Shown here in pieces: positions 23,401-33,599 of a DNA stretch of 64,000 nucleotides. The translations under genes and the position numbers were made by a program. Below the pieces are notes generated by a model. That model was given only the letters and a program-made list of their open reading frames with translations. It did no database searches and had not been told where the DNA came from. How positions within the stretch are numbered: the stretch's first letter is position 1; the number at the start of each line of letters is the position of its first letter. Source of the stretch: Podarcis tiliguerta (Eukaryota). Location of the stretch: assembly GCA_965153285.1 (NCBI GenBank), contig OZ229117.1. The stretch is one strand, 5' to 3'.

Positions 23401-25243
23401 CATCAGCTTTAGCCAGCACTTTCAAGGTGCCTACGGTTAGTGGGAGGTATCAGCCAGCACCAGCTCAGGGGAGCTGAGATGTGGAACCTGCGGGGGCCCT
23501 CTGGGTGCTGCTAGGCTCCCATCATTCCTGACCACTGGCCATTGGCTGCCTAGAGCAGTTGGGCATTTGGATTCCAGCAACACCTGGAGTGCCGCAGGAG
23601 TGTCATCCCACCCTTGTTTTAGGGCAGTGTTTCTCAAACTTGGGTCCCCAGATGTTGTTGGACTACAACTCCCATCATCCCTGAGCCTTGCTAGCTAGGG
23701 ATGGGAGTTGTAGACCAAAAACAAATGGGGACCCAAGGTTGAGAAAAAGGCTGTTTTAGGGGGGGGTGGTGTGTGGAGATTGCTGTATTGCCAGAGAAAA
23801 AGCATCACACCACCACTGCTCCTTCCACTTGCATTCCCCCCCCCCCAACATGTGGCTGCCTGAGTCAAGCCTGCTTCTTCCATGGGGCCAGCAGGGCCGG
23901 CAGTTGAAGCAGCAGAAGTGGAAGTACTTCAGCAGCAAGAGAAACCTGCTGGATGCCAGCACCATCCTCATAAGTGTGGCAGCTATTGGCCTTTATGTGA
24001 AGAGGCGTGTGCTGGCAGAAGGCATCCTGAAGCAGCATCGCCAAGACCGCAACAAGTGAGTGTCTACCATCCGAAACAAGGGGCAGGGGCAGACCTCCAC
24101 TCAGCAGAGGCAACTTTCACACACCCTAAAGCAAAACTCCCTCCATACCTCTGGCAGGTTCATCAGCTTCTATGAGATGGTGGAAGTTGACTCTGCGCTG
24201 ACATACCTCATTGCTTTTCTGGTGGCCTTGACAACCATCAAGCTGTGGAACCTCCTGCGCCTAAATCCCAGAATGCACCTCATCACACAGACACTGCAGA
24301 AAGCCTGGGATGAGGTCCTGGGCTTCCTGCTCACACTTCTGGTGCTGCTTGTGGGTTATGCCATTGTGGTAAGAAGAGACCTGTCAACTGCAGGGAAACC
24401 AACCAAGGGCGGAGAGAAGACCCCTCCCCCTTCCTGTGTCCTTATACCCCTCCCCCTACATCACCTTCACTCTCTTGCCATCAGTGCAACCTCATGTTTG
24501 GATGGAGCGTAGATGACTACAAGACCTTCTTTAACTCAGCTGTGACCATCGTAGGGCTTCTCATTGGAATCTTTAATTATGAAGAGGTGAGTGCCATGCA
24601 GCCCCACTTTAGGCCGAGGCACACTGCCAGGCTGCCCTTCCAGGACACCACAGATCACAGCAGACCCCCAGCCCCATTCAGCTCCCAGCTCAGCACCCAG
24701 AGAGACCTGCATGGATTTCAGCTTTCTGGGTCTAGAATGCCAATGCTTCCCTGTGCCCTGCAAAGCACAGCACGGCCAACAGCTCTCTGCTATGTGCATA
24801 TGTAGACACAGGGGACATAACTGTGCTCTTCATGCTTAGGTCATTGCTGTGGACCCCGTGTTTGGCGCTGTGCTGATTGTAACCAGCGTCATCTCCATGG
24901 TGTTCGTGATCATCAACCTGTTTGTCTCTGCCCTTTTGACGACCTTCAGTCGGGAGATGAAGGCTGCCAAGGTAGGTGTAAGCCCAAGCGGCTGGTGCTG
25001 CTCATCACCCGCCACCAGCCAAGCTTCAAGCAATTAAGCCTTCATGAGAAGCTGCTTATGCCGCAGCCACCCCTCAGGATCTGAGTTCACATATAAGGCA
25101 TCTCTCTCTCTCCCGGTTCATCACAACAGGCCAGCAAGGAGGAATCCATGTTGCAGCTGATTCAACTGAAGATTTCCACCTTGTTTGGAATCAAGAAACA
25201 GCCGCCCTTCCCAGCAGCTTCCCGAAAGGAGCCACAGGACTGA
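8440..25243 (+). CDS. PKD1L3: Polycystin-1-like 3, full length, about 1772 aa, 31 coding exons
   Basis: Exons: 8440-8728, 9376-9465, 9764-9804, 9957-10388, 10866-10997, 11211-11375, 11633-11766, 12551-12677, 12803-12928, 13146-13374, 14174-14358, 14534-14764, 15083-15184, 15506-15684, 16486-16632, 17073-17266, 17933-18129, 18250-18418, 18616-18808, 19744-19996, 20337-20439, 20568-20711, 21620-21805, 22244-22535, 22896-23029, 23202-23326, 23895-24055, 24158-24368, 24485-24586, 24840-24971, 25130-25243; total 5319 nt, in frame. Domains: signal peptide, C-type lectin, S/T/P stalk, GPS (CLCNHL/TFFG), PLAT (FERG, WHDN.G.NPSW), TM1-5, TOP domain (RLRQIR, WLDKSTR..FIEF..YNANVNLF) and channel TMs. 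Sits next to IST1 as in mammals. Confidence 0.9.
12017..12215 (-). mobile_element. tRNA-derived SINE (Squam3/MIR-like), reverse orientation
   Basis: CAACCCTGCGAGGTAGG..GACTGGCCCAAAGTCACCCA..GATTTGAACCC (reverse B box)..TCTAACCAC (reverse A box). Confidence 0.65.
13660..13795. mobile_element. hAT-type MITE, near-palindromic
   Basis: Long TIRs CAGACTTCCTCAAGCTCGACCCTCCAGATGTTTT ... AAAACATCTGGAGGGCTGAGTTTAAGGAAGCCTG; 8-bp TSD CTGTATGG / CTATATGG (7/8). Confidence 0.85.
17656..17910 (+). mobile_element. Young tRNA-derived SINE (Squam3-like) with (CCT)n tail
   Basis: A box GGTGTAGTGG, B box GGGTTCG, L2-type 3' end (TAGCCGCTTTGAG..AAAGGCGGGATATC) and CTC repeats; CpGs retained. Confidence 0.8.
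19183..19564 (-). mobile_element. Possible degenerate LTR-like insertion in a PKD1L3 intron
   Basis: TGTCA...TGTCACA ends and a minus-strand ATATAAAG near 19340; no convincing TSD. Confidence 0.3.
21191..21471. mobile_element. CpG-rich non-autonomous DNA-transposon-like insertion
   Basis: GC/CpG-rich island in an AT-richer intron; ends GGGGCGGC ... GCTACGCCCG; flanks ACCATACC / GTCATACC (6/8). Confidence 0.45.
23625..23753. mobile_element. hAT-type MITE
   Basis: TIRs CAGTGTTTCTCAAACTTGGGTCCCCA ... TGGGGACCCAAGGTTGAGAAAAAGGCTG; perfect 8-bp TSD TTTTAGGG on both sides. Confidence 0.9.
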
Positions 25244-27548
25244 AGTGGCATCATCCCACCTCCCCATTTGGACAGCTCTTTTCTATTCTAAAATGGGAAG
25301 GATCACCATTTTCCAAGTATCACTAATGTACATGCTATCTTTAAGAATATCAGAGGTCAGCTGGGCTGGCAAGAAAATCTGTATGGCTTTTCTCCCACTT
25401 TTAAGCTGCCCCTCCTGCTCTTCAGCTAATTTACCATGTGATCTTGACTCAACATTACCTCATGCTACATCCTACTTCCTTTATCCTCAACAACGCCTTT
25501 GAGTTGTTGGGACTAACCAAGGCAGAACAAATCTGACGGCCCAGAAATCCCCTGCTGCTGCCCTGCAGGTTGAAGAGCAAAACCGATCTTACTGGCTTCC
25601 AGCCCAAAGGCCGGTCAAGTCCCTAAACAGCAGGAGCCAGTTTCTTCTCTGCCGAAAGAGGCAGAGCAAAGGAGGGCTGTTCTTATTTATAGCCAATCCC
25701 AAATACTCAGTGGTGCACATCAATTAAGCCTTACAAATCAAGTTATTTTTCATGTCGCTGAGGAACTCTTTACCTATTGCAGGGCTTAACCTCTGAGGAG
25801 ACAAACAGGGAATTGTAGATTACACTCCCCTACCCAGCCACAGATTTGAAGAACTTATATGACAAAGGGGGGTCTGTTGAGATGCACAAAGGATACACTG
25901 TTTCAAGGTGAACCAGAGGGAGGAGATAGAAGGGCGGGTGGGGAAGAAGAGTGACTATTGCCCCTCCCCACCCAGAGAGCTCAGTTTGCCCAATGGGAGA
26001 GATCAAATCCATGACAGGAATCCAATCCTGCCTTTCCTTAAAGGCAGCCAACCTCCAAGATGCAAGGATCCTTAAGCAGCCCTTACCTTAATCCAGAGGG
26101 GACCCTTCAGCCTGGTCCAAGCAGAAAGCACTCATCCCCCTACTCCAAACTGTAAATGTCAGCATAAATCCGACAAGGGCTAATTTCTCAAGAATGATGG
26201 CTTGACAGTTCTATCACATCACGGCAGTGAAGGACAACTGCTTCAGCACCCAGGCACTTCCCCGTGGCCTGCAGGACAGGTGGCCCACTCTTCTGAAGCT
26301 GCCACTGCTGCCACCACCCACAACGTCTTGTGGGAAGCAAGTCTAAAGGGAGCCTCATAAATTCGCCTGTGGGTGGTGGTTGTGGGCTGCACTGCAGATC
26401 CTCAGGTGTGCGATCCAAACTGATAGGACTTGTTCCAAAATATAACTGTGAACCCAAAGGCAACACATTTGCATGCTTCTTTTTGCCAATATTTCCCCTT
26501 CCCTCAATAAATAGTTTGACTGGAAGTGTGACTGTCAGTCTGAAGGAACAGCCATGATAAGAACTGGTGGCAGCTGCCCCTCCGTGTTGTAAACATACCA
26601 TGCCTCCTTTGCTTCCCCTCCACAACTGCCAGAAGCCAGGAAATATTATGTTTTACTTGAGACAGACCCAGTCAAGGCTATTCCTCAACTTTATTTAGAA
26701 TTAATAGAGAAGATACAAACCAATCAAATTGTCCCAGAAAAGCCACATGAAAGAGTTACATACAGAGTGTTACATGGGAGAGCTGAGGTTGGCTGCTGGC
26801 ACTGCAGCTGGTCTGTAAGAGCAGCAGAAGTTGCTGGATGTGTTGCTGCTGCTGTCACCACCACCACCCATGGCTTTGCCCTATAGGCAAGGGAAGAGGC
26901 TAGAGAACCAGGAGTGATGGCACATGTCAAGCAATGGCCCTGAACCCAGCCTGATGCAGAGCCACGTTAAGGCAGAACTGGGCTCACTCAAAGCTAGGAA
27001 AATGTGCCTGCTGCTCTGCAAGCCAGAGGCAGGAGGACCACTGAGCCACGAGGAGTGTAGACTGGTCAACTCCTGTGCCCCACAGCATCCCTCCCCAAAG
27101 GAAAGTCATAATGGCCCCGGAGGGCTCCCTGAGAACGCGGCAGGCAAAACAAAGCTATCAGGGGCCCAGAGCAGCTCCCCTTCCACAGCACATGCCTGGA
27201 GGGGGGGGGCGCGCTTCTGTCCAACTACGTTGCCCAGAATCTTCAGGTTGGTGTCCCTACACCACTGTCTGTCCAAATGAGAGGCCACCTACATCACTCC
27301 CTTTCCCCTCTAATGCCTGGCTGCAGACTGCAGAGCAATGCATTCGGAGGGATTGTTCCTGCTCCCATCTCAAAGAGGCTGTGCAGTCCCCCACTCCTGG
27401 AGCAGAATGTCAGAAAAGCAGTGGCATTTGGTGTAAGTACAGAAGGAAGAAAGGCCAAGCGGAAGAAGAGGAACGAGCACTTGGCCGTGCTAAGAGGGAA
27501 GGAGGAGGCAGCAATCAGGCCCATCGGCCCCCTGTTCAGGGGCTCTTT

Positions 27549-30500
27549 TTAAGTTTTCTTCTTCAGTTCCTCAAACCTTCGAGAGAGGTCATCGAAGTCA
27601 ATGTCTTCTGAGGCGGAAGTGTTGGCACCAGCAGAAGCGGCAGGCAGCGTGTCTGGCACAGATGGCAACTCTGGCAGCACAAAATTATCGCCCGTACTAG
27701 GAACTGCAGCTGGTGGCCTCCCCCTCGGCTGTGGCTTTGGGGCTGGTCCTGCAGCAGACAAGAGTGACTGGTTACAAGCAGTGGGCAGGCTCAAGGCAGT
27801 GAAAACAGTAGTCTACCTAACAGGAGTAGGGGCAGGGGTAGGACCATTCTTCTTTTTGCTGGACTACCGTTAGTATATGTCCTGTAGAAGCAAGCACTTG
27901 CTGCACTTCAGTTGAGCCTTGCAGCTCCTACCAGTTACTACATGGGTCCAAGCTTGAAGAGACCCAGTCTCTGCCCCCAAAACACACACACACACTCTCT
28001 TACCTCAGCAACTCAAGAGCAAACACAAGTGAAGGGGACCAACAATAAACACAAGCACCAGCTTTCCCCTGACATCACCACCTCCCTCCCTCCCTCCTCA
28101 CTGCCTTGCCAGCTCCAGAGCCTCTCCCTCCGGCCCTGCACTCACCGGTCACCTGTGGCGATGGCAATTCCTTGTCAGCACCCATGTCATCAATCTGAAA
28201 CAAAAAAAAAGCTGGCTTTGCATGGAGCGCCCCACATAGAACCACCACCTGACAACTCCCTAGAGGCCTACATGCACAGCAGAAGCACCATATCTGGTGT
28301 TCCCATCTTCTTCATGCAGCCTGGCCAGACAGCAGAAGGAAGGATGAAATGAGGGATCTGGAGGAGGAGGAAGCAGTGGTGGTGAGCCTGGCCTGGTGGC
28401 ACCATAGGTGAGGGAGAGCCATTCAGCATGGCTGCCTACCTGAATAGGAAGCGGCCCTGGCTATGTCCCCTAAGGATGGCCTGACGGTGCAGTAGCTCTT
28501 CACCATCGCTGGTGGTCTCACCTTCAACCTGACATGAACCACCACCACCAGCAACCACAGAAGTCTGGAGAGCAGCAGCTGAACAAGCGCAAGTGCATGA
28601 AGGTGGACACATCCCCATTTCCACACTCTCTAGCTGCTCAACCCACCCCCACATCTCGTCCTCTGCTCATGCCTCCCATGGGCAGCAGCCTGGACTCTGA
28701 GACCAAGGTGACCTCTGAGTCACTGCCTGCAAGCTCATCCAGGCTGCTGAGATCATGCTGAGGCTCCCTCAGTATCATTATCACAGCCCCTCCCTCCTGC
28801 CTGGTAGACTCAAGTAGCTGCCCTGCTCGCTCCCCTCAGTGGCTGCCTCCTCCACCACCACATCGTCAACCAAGGTGCGGCTGAAGAAGCTGGAGCAGCT
28901 CCTGGTGGACAGGCTGCAGGGCTACTGCTGGACCTCCTGGTCGGCCTCTATACCAAGTGTAGTTTCCACTCACTGCTTCAGAGGGACAGGCTTGTCTTGG
29001 ACTTCCTCAAGTGGGAATGGGACTCCTGATTATTGAAAGTGACCTGGGCAAGTTTCTCCTCAACAATGCCTAGGCAGGCAACATCCACCTTACCACTGGC
29101 GGTAGGCCTAAGGCCTAAGAGCCCCATCATCTCCACCATCTCTACTCAAGGACCCCAGCCAGTGCAACATCTGGCATTATGTGCATATATGTGTATTATA
29201 AGGAACTGAACAGAGTGAAAAATTATGAGTCATGGGGGTACAGAGACATGACTTGCCGTAATAGTGAGGTTTAGCTTATTTTTTAGTTGCTGTTTTCTTA
29301 AGATTTTTATAGATTGCCACTGTTTTATTGATGTTTTATTGATAATTTGTTGATTATTTTATATGATGTATGCTGTATTTGCGACATGCTAGTATGTTTT
29401 ATTATGTTATGGCTATTTATTGTTTGTAAGCTGCTTTGAGATGAAAAGCAACATAGAATGAATGAATGAAAAGCCAACATAGAAATGCAATAAATCAAAA
29501 TCATATCAAAGGTGCATGAAGTTTGCTGCAAGCTCAATCCAGTGGATGGCAACTCCTCAGTCAGTCCAAGTGGGGAGGCCTGCCAATACCCAGCACTAGA
29601 CTAGGGACAGCAACAGTCCCAGCAGAGAGGACTTGCCCTCCCAGCAATTCAGCTTTTGTTTTTCATCAGCAGTACTTACAGACTCATATGTTGGAGGTGT
29701 TGCTGGAATCTGAGGTGGATGAAGGCTGGTGAAAGGCTGGTAGGTGCCCACTGGTAGCCCGTTGAAGTGCTCCTAAAGGGAGAAATTGTTAAGTCAGACC
29801 AGCACCCCTTTCTAATGGCAGAATCAGATAGGAAATACCTGCCAGAACAGCTGGAAAACCTTGTTCACACAGCAGGTAGTGAGGTGTGCTCAGATGCTAA
29901 CTCACCACAGTAGACTGCTATCCTTTCCTCCCCCCACTACCACCCCCAATCCCAACTTTACAGACTCCCCTCCTGTTTCAAGCAAGACATAGGACTTACT
30001 GGTCCCTTTGGAGGTGGGTATGCAAAAGGGGGAGCTGGAGACGGCATGGGCATGGGCATTGGCATTGGCACAACTCCATCAGGACCAGCCATTGGGGTCA
30101 TGAAGCCGCCGCCGCCACCACCTCCACGGCCACCTTTCTTTGTATCATCCACGAATCCCACATCAATCAGGTCAGCTTCCACGCCTGCGGGAGCCTCAGC
30201 CTGGGAAGAGGAAGAAGCTGATGTCACATGTGGGAAAGGGAGCTGCTACTGAGGGAATTGAGAGTGGAACCGCCTCCCAGTCACTCACCATGACAACAGA
30301 GTCTGGCTCATAGGGCACGTTGTAGTTCTTTGCGATCTCAATCAGGTACCGCTCCACTAGGATTTTGGGAGGTGCCTCTACGCTCAACTTGTGCATCAGC
30401 TGGAAGGGAGGGAGGGAAGAGTGAGCCCTTCACCTAGCTAAGAGATATCCAAGCCAGAAAAAAGATAAGTTTCTACCTTGCCTGGTGAAGCACCACAGGC

Positions 30501-32341
30501 AGGACCACCTGCTGCAAGCAACTCATCTTTATGAAGCACTGATATCGTTCCCTCCCATAAGAACAGCCTGCTGGATCAGCCTGTCTAGCCCAGCATCCTG
30601 TCCTCACACTGGCCAAACAGATGCCCCAACAAGAAGCCCCTGAGTGGAGCAGCAGCAGTGCTCTCCTTCACCTGCGATTCCCAACAACTGACATCAGGAG
30701 CAGATCACTTCTGACAGCAGAGGAAGACGTAGCCATTGTGGTTAGTAGCTCCTGAGAGCCTTACCGCCATCTCACCCCCATGATGCCCTTCCCATTCCAC
30801 TCACCCTGTCATTGACGGTCCCAATCTGGTTGCTCCGGCACAACTTGCCATACTCTTTGCTGTACTTGGCACAGAGCTGGTCAGCAACCTAGTATGGAAA
30901 TGGCACACTCAAAACAGAGTCCAGGCACCACTGGCTCCCCTCTATTTAAGACAGGGCACAGCAACTATCGCAGCACCCCTGGACAAAAGGTTCAGGAGTT
31001 TGGAGACTGGAGCCAACCTAAACTCCCAGATCAAACAAGAAAGTCACCAAGTTCTCTGAGCATCCTGTGAGGATAGATCAAAGTGTTTTCCCAACTGCTG
31101 CCCCCAGATGTCCAGGAAGGCTGAGCAGCCTGCCAAGACACAACTGGCACTACTCACCATTTTCAGCTCAGCCACCTCCGCTTGCAGTCGGGGGGCAGCC
31201 CAGATGAGTGTGGAGACAGCTTCTGCCAGGCCGGAGTCCAGCTCCCTGAAGGGACACAAAGTAAGGCAAGAGTGAGCAAGTAGTTGAAAGACAAGGAGGA
31301 CAAAGAGGTCCCAGACCTAGCAGACCGAGGGGAGGGGACACGTGGCAGGCACCCAGCACCCTCTTCCCCATAGGCCAAGACCTTACTTCATAGATTGTAT
31401 GAGGCCAAAGCGTGCCAGAAGCAAGTCACAGTAGAGCTCCAGGATCTCCATTGCCTCCACCAAGTAGTCCTCCCGGATGATGTGCTCCACACGGATGCGA
31501 GCCCGCTCATCTTTGCCAGCAGACAGGTAGTCAGCAATTTCCTTCCGTGCCTTCTGGGCTAGCTCAGCTGCAAGAAAAGGGTTCATCATGGGGCAGCAGG
31601 GGAGGCCCAGAAGCCTGCCCTGGCCCTGCCTGGGGTGTTTGTGTATGCAAAGAGAGGGGCTCCACCAAGAAGGACTGTGGGTTGTCTCCAACTAAGTTAT
31701 ACTTAGGCATATTGAAATTAAGTAACCATGTCCATTCAATGAGTATAGTGGGGCTAGAACTGGACACAAGTCCACAAACCTGAGAACTCTTCACAGAATC
31801 CACACCCCCATCCCAATGACCACAATTCTCAGCATCTTTGAAATACAGTACACACACACACACACACACACAAGCAATTCCACACTTACACTCTGACATG
31901 TCAAAATAAATTTAAACAATTCTTTTAAAAGATAGTTAAAAATACTCTTCTTAAAAACCTAAAAACTCCCTTTAAAAAATCAAGTCTTCAAAAAAGTTAT
32001 ACGATCTAAGAAAGTCTTGAAGAGAATCCTTCCAAAAGAATTTAAAAATTATAATGTAGCACCTTAGAGACCAACTGAGTAGTATAAGCTTTCGTGTGCA
32101 TGCACACTTCTTCAGATACACTGAAACAACATGTGCAGGCTATAAATTAAGCATCTCTTAATTTATAGCCTGCACATGGTGTTGTGGGACACCATGACTA
32201 CCATCACTACTCTGGTGATGAGGTCAAGGAATTAGGTAGAAAAGTCCACTCACTTTTCTTTTTCTCCAACAGTTTGAGGCGATTGATGACAAGACGTAGG
32301 TTGACTCGCAAGCGCTCGGCCTTGAACCCAGAGCCTAACAT
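27549..32341 (-). CDS. IST1: IST1 ESCRT-III-associated factor, 364 aa, 9 coding exons
   Basis: Exons (minus): 32341-32254, 31567-31387, 31245-31158, 30888-30805, 30399-30289, 30200-30000, 29772-29680, 28194-28146, 27748-27549; total 1095 nt. Starts MLGSGFKAERLRVNLRL; contains ELYC, PMPMPMP, MIM2 LPELPSVP and the terminal MIM1 DFDDLSRRFEELKKKT. Confidence 0.97.
28428..28527 (+). pseudogene. Decayed copy of the IMPDH1 (or IMPDH2) start-codon exon
   Basis: Reads MAAYL/IGSGPGYVP/KDGLTVQ*LFTIAGGLTF-AA (two +1 frameshifts, one stop), versus recalled IMPDH1 [33 protein letters not shown]. Preceded by CAGC; stops after the AA of the Asn codon. Confidence 0.85.
28528..28609 (+). pseudogene. Decayed copy of USP7 exon 1
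   Basis: CCTGAC-ATG, then MNHHHQQPQKSGEQQLNKRKCMKVD+1 nt, versus recalled USP7 [26 protein letters not shown](A). Confidence 0.85.
28665..28772 (+). pseudogene. Decayed copy of the 3' part of cyclin L (CCNL2-like) exon 1
   Basis: Reads MPPMGSSLDSETK/DL*VTACKLIQAAEIMLRLPQ, versus recalled CCNL2 [35 protein letters not shown]. Confidence 0.85.
28862..29015 (+). pseudogene. Decayed copy of CDC42BPB (MRCK-beta) exon 1 coding part
   Basis: Reads STKVRLKKLEQLLVD../LLDLLVGLYTKCSFHSLLQRDRLVLDFLKW+G, versus recalled MSAKVRLKKLEQLLLDG...[30 protein letters not shown](A). Confidence 0.88.
29270..29470 (+). mobile_element. LINE-like (L2-type) AT-rich 3' tail ending in (AATG)n
   Basis: T-rich stretch, then TGTAAGCTGCTTTGAG..AAAAGC, then GAATGAATGAATGAA; similar to the 3' motif of the SINE at 17.8 kb. 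Confidence 0.5.
32056..32128. mobile_element. Penelope-like element fragment
   Basis: GTAGCACCTTAGAGACCAACT..ATAAGCTTTCGTGTGCATGCACACTTCTTCAGATAC; shares sequence with 32672-32884. Confidence 0.55.
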
Positions 32342-32671
32342 GGTGTAGAATTCCTGCCAAGAACACAAGAGAGAAAAAGCCTACTGTCATGTGTGTTAAA
32401 GGCAGAGAGCTAGCAGTTTCCTGTGTAGATATATTCTACTTGTAATATTTATATATTGTTTTGCACATTCAGAGCCATTCCAGAGTTATTTAGAATAAAA
32501 TACAAAATACATTTAAAATTCAAAAAAGTGATACAAATATAAAACACCAAAAGTGCTCAAAAATTAATCTAAACAGAATATTCCCTGCTCTACACAAGCA
32601 GGACACCAGTATTCTCAAAAATCTCAATCATCAGCACTGTCCAAATGCTGAGAATAACTTTTTTGCATGGT

Positions 32672-32884
32672 TCTAGATTCGGGTAGGTAGCTGTGTTGGT
32701 CTGACGCAGTCGAAATAAAATAAAAAAATTGTCCAGGAGCACCTTAGAGACCAGCTAAGTTTGTTCTGGGTATAAGGTTTCGTAGGTATCTGAAGAAGTG
32801 TGCATGTGTACGAAAGCTTATACCCAGAACAAACTTAGGTAGCCTCTAAAGTGCTACTGGACATTTTTTAAATTAATCAAATTA
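32672..32884. mobile_element. Penelope-like inverted-repeat insertion
   Basis: Inverted arms 32731-32784 / 32809-32862, flanked by the direct repeat TTTTTTGCATGGT (32659-32671 and 32885-32897). Confidence 0.7.
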
Positions 32885-33238
32885 TTTTTTGCATGGTGCT
32901 GGAGCATTTCACAACTGGAGCGGGGGGGGGGATCTGTTCTCTTGTTGCTACCTGCTGAACATCTTTTGGAGACGCAGACAGTGAATGGTCTCAGATCTCA
33001 GGATCTGGATTGGTTTGAATGTGGAAAGGTTGCAAGCTGTAATGTTTTATCTCCGCTGCAAATATATAATAAAGCAAACAAGCAAATATAAGTAATTTTA
33101 ATGTGAATTTTTGTATACAGCAAGAATAAATGTTTGAATAGACTATAAATGCCAGCCATTTTTAAACAGAGTCCATACAGACTCAAGTGTGTGTAATAGT
33201 ACAGTATGCCAAAACCTATTTATCTACTTAAGAAATGC

Positions 33239-33240
<2 letters not shown>

Positions 33241-33272
<32 letters not shown>
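33241..33272. repeat. (TG)n microsatellite
   Basis: About 16 TG units. Confidence 0.95.
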
Positions 33273-33276
<4 letters not shown>

Positions 33277-33599
33277 TCTGTATGTATGTGTAGAGCACTT
33301 TCATCTGTGCAAGCAACAGATTTCTGTCCCCCCCCCCCCTTTTGTACATGATTTGATCAGCCAGGCCCAACCATATACAGCACAAGGGGCAGCTCACAAC
33401 CTTGGATCTCTTTAACCAGTTTCAATCCCTGGAGGACAAACCTGCCCCGCTTTTCAGCACTGGAAGCGGTAGAGAGCTCAGCTCCCACCTATGTGGGAGC
33501 TGGTGGAGGATTTGCTCCAAGAGGGTGGGGGAGTTTGCAGGTAGTTGAACTACAGAGGCACGAAGGCAATTCCCAACTCTTCTTCCGGCAACGGCTTCG

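Noticed and set aside
28534-28761. Functional chimeric USP7-cyclin L peptide from the 75-aa ORF
   Set aside because: The cyclin L part shifts out of frame and the neighbouring modules carry stops and frameshifts; consistent with neutral decay.
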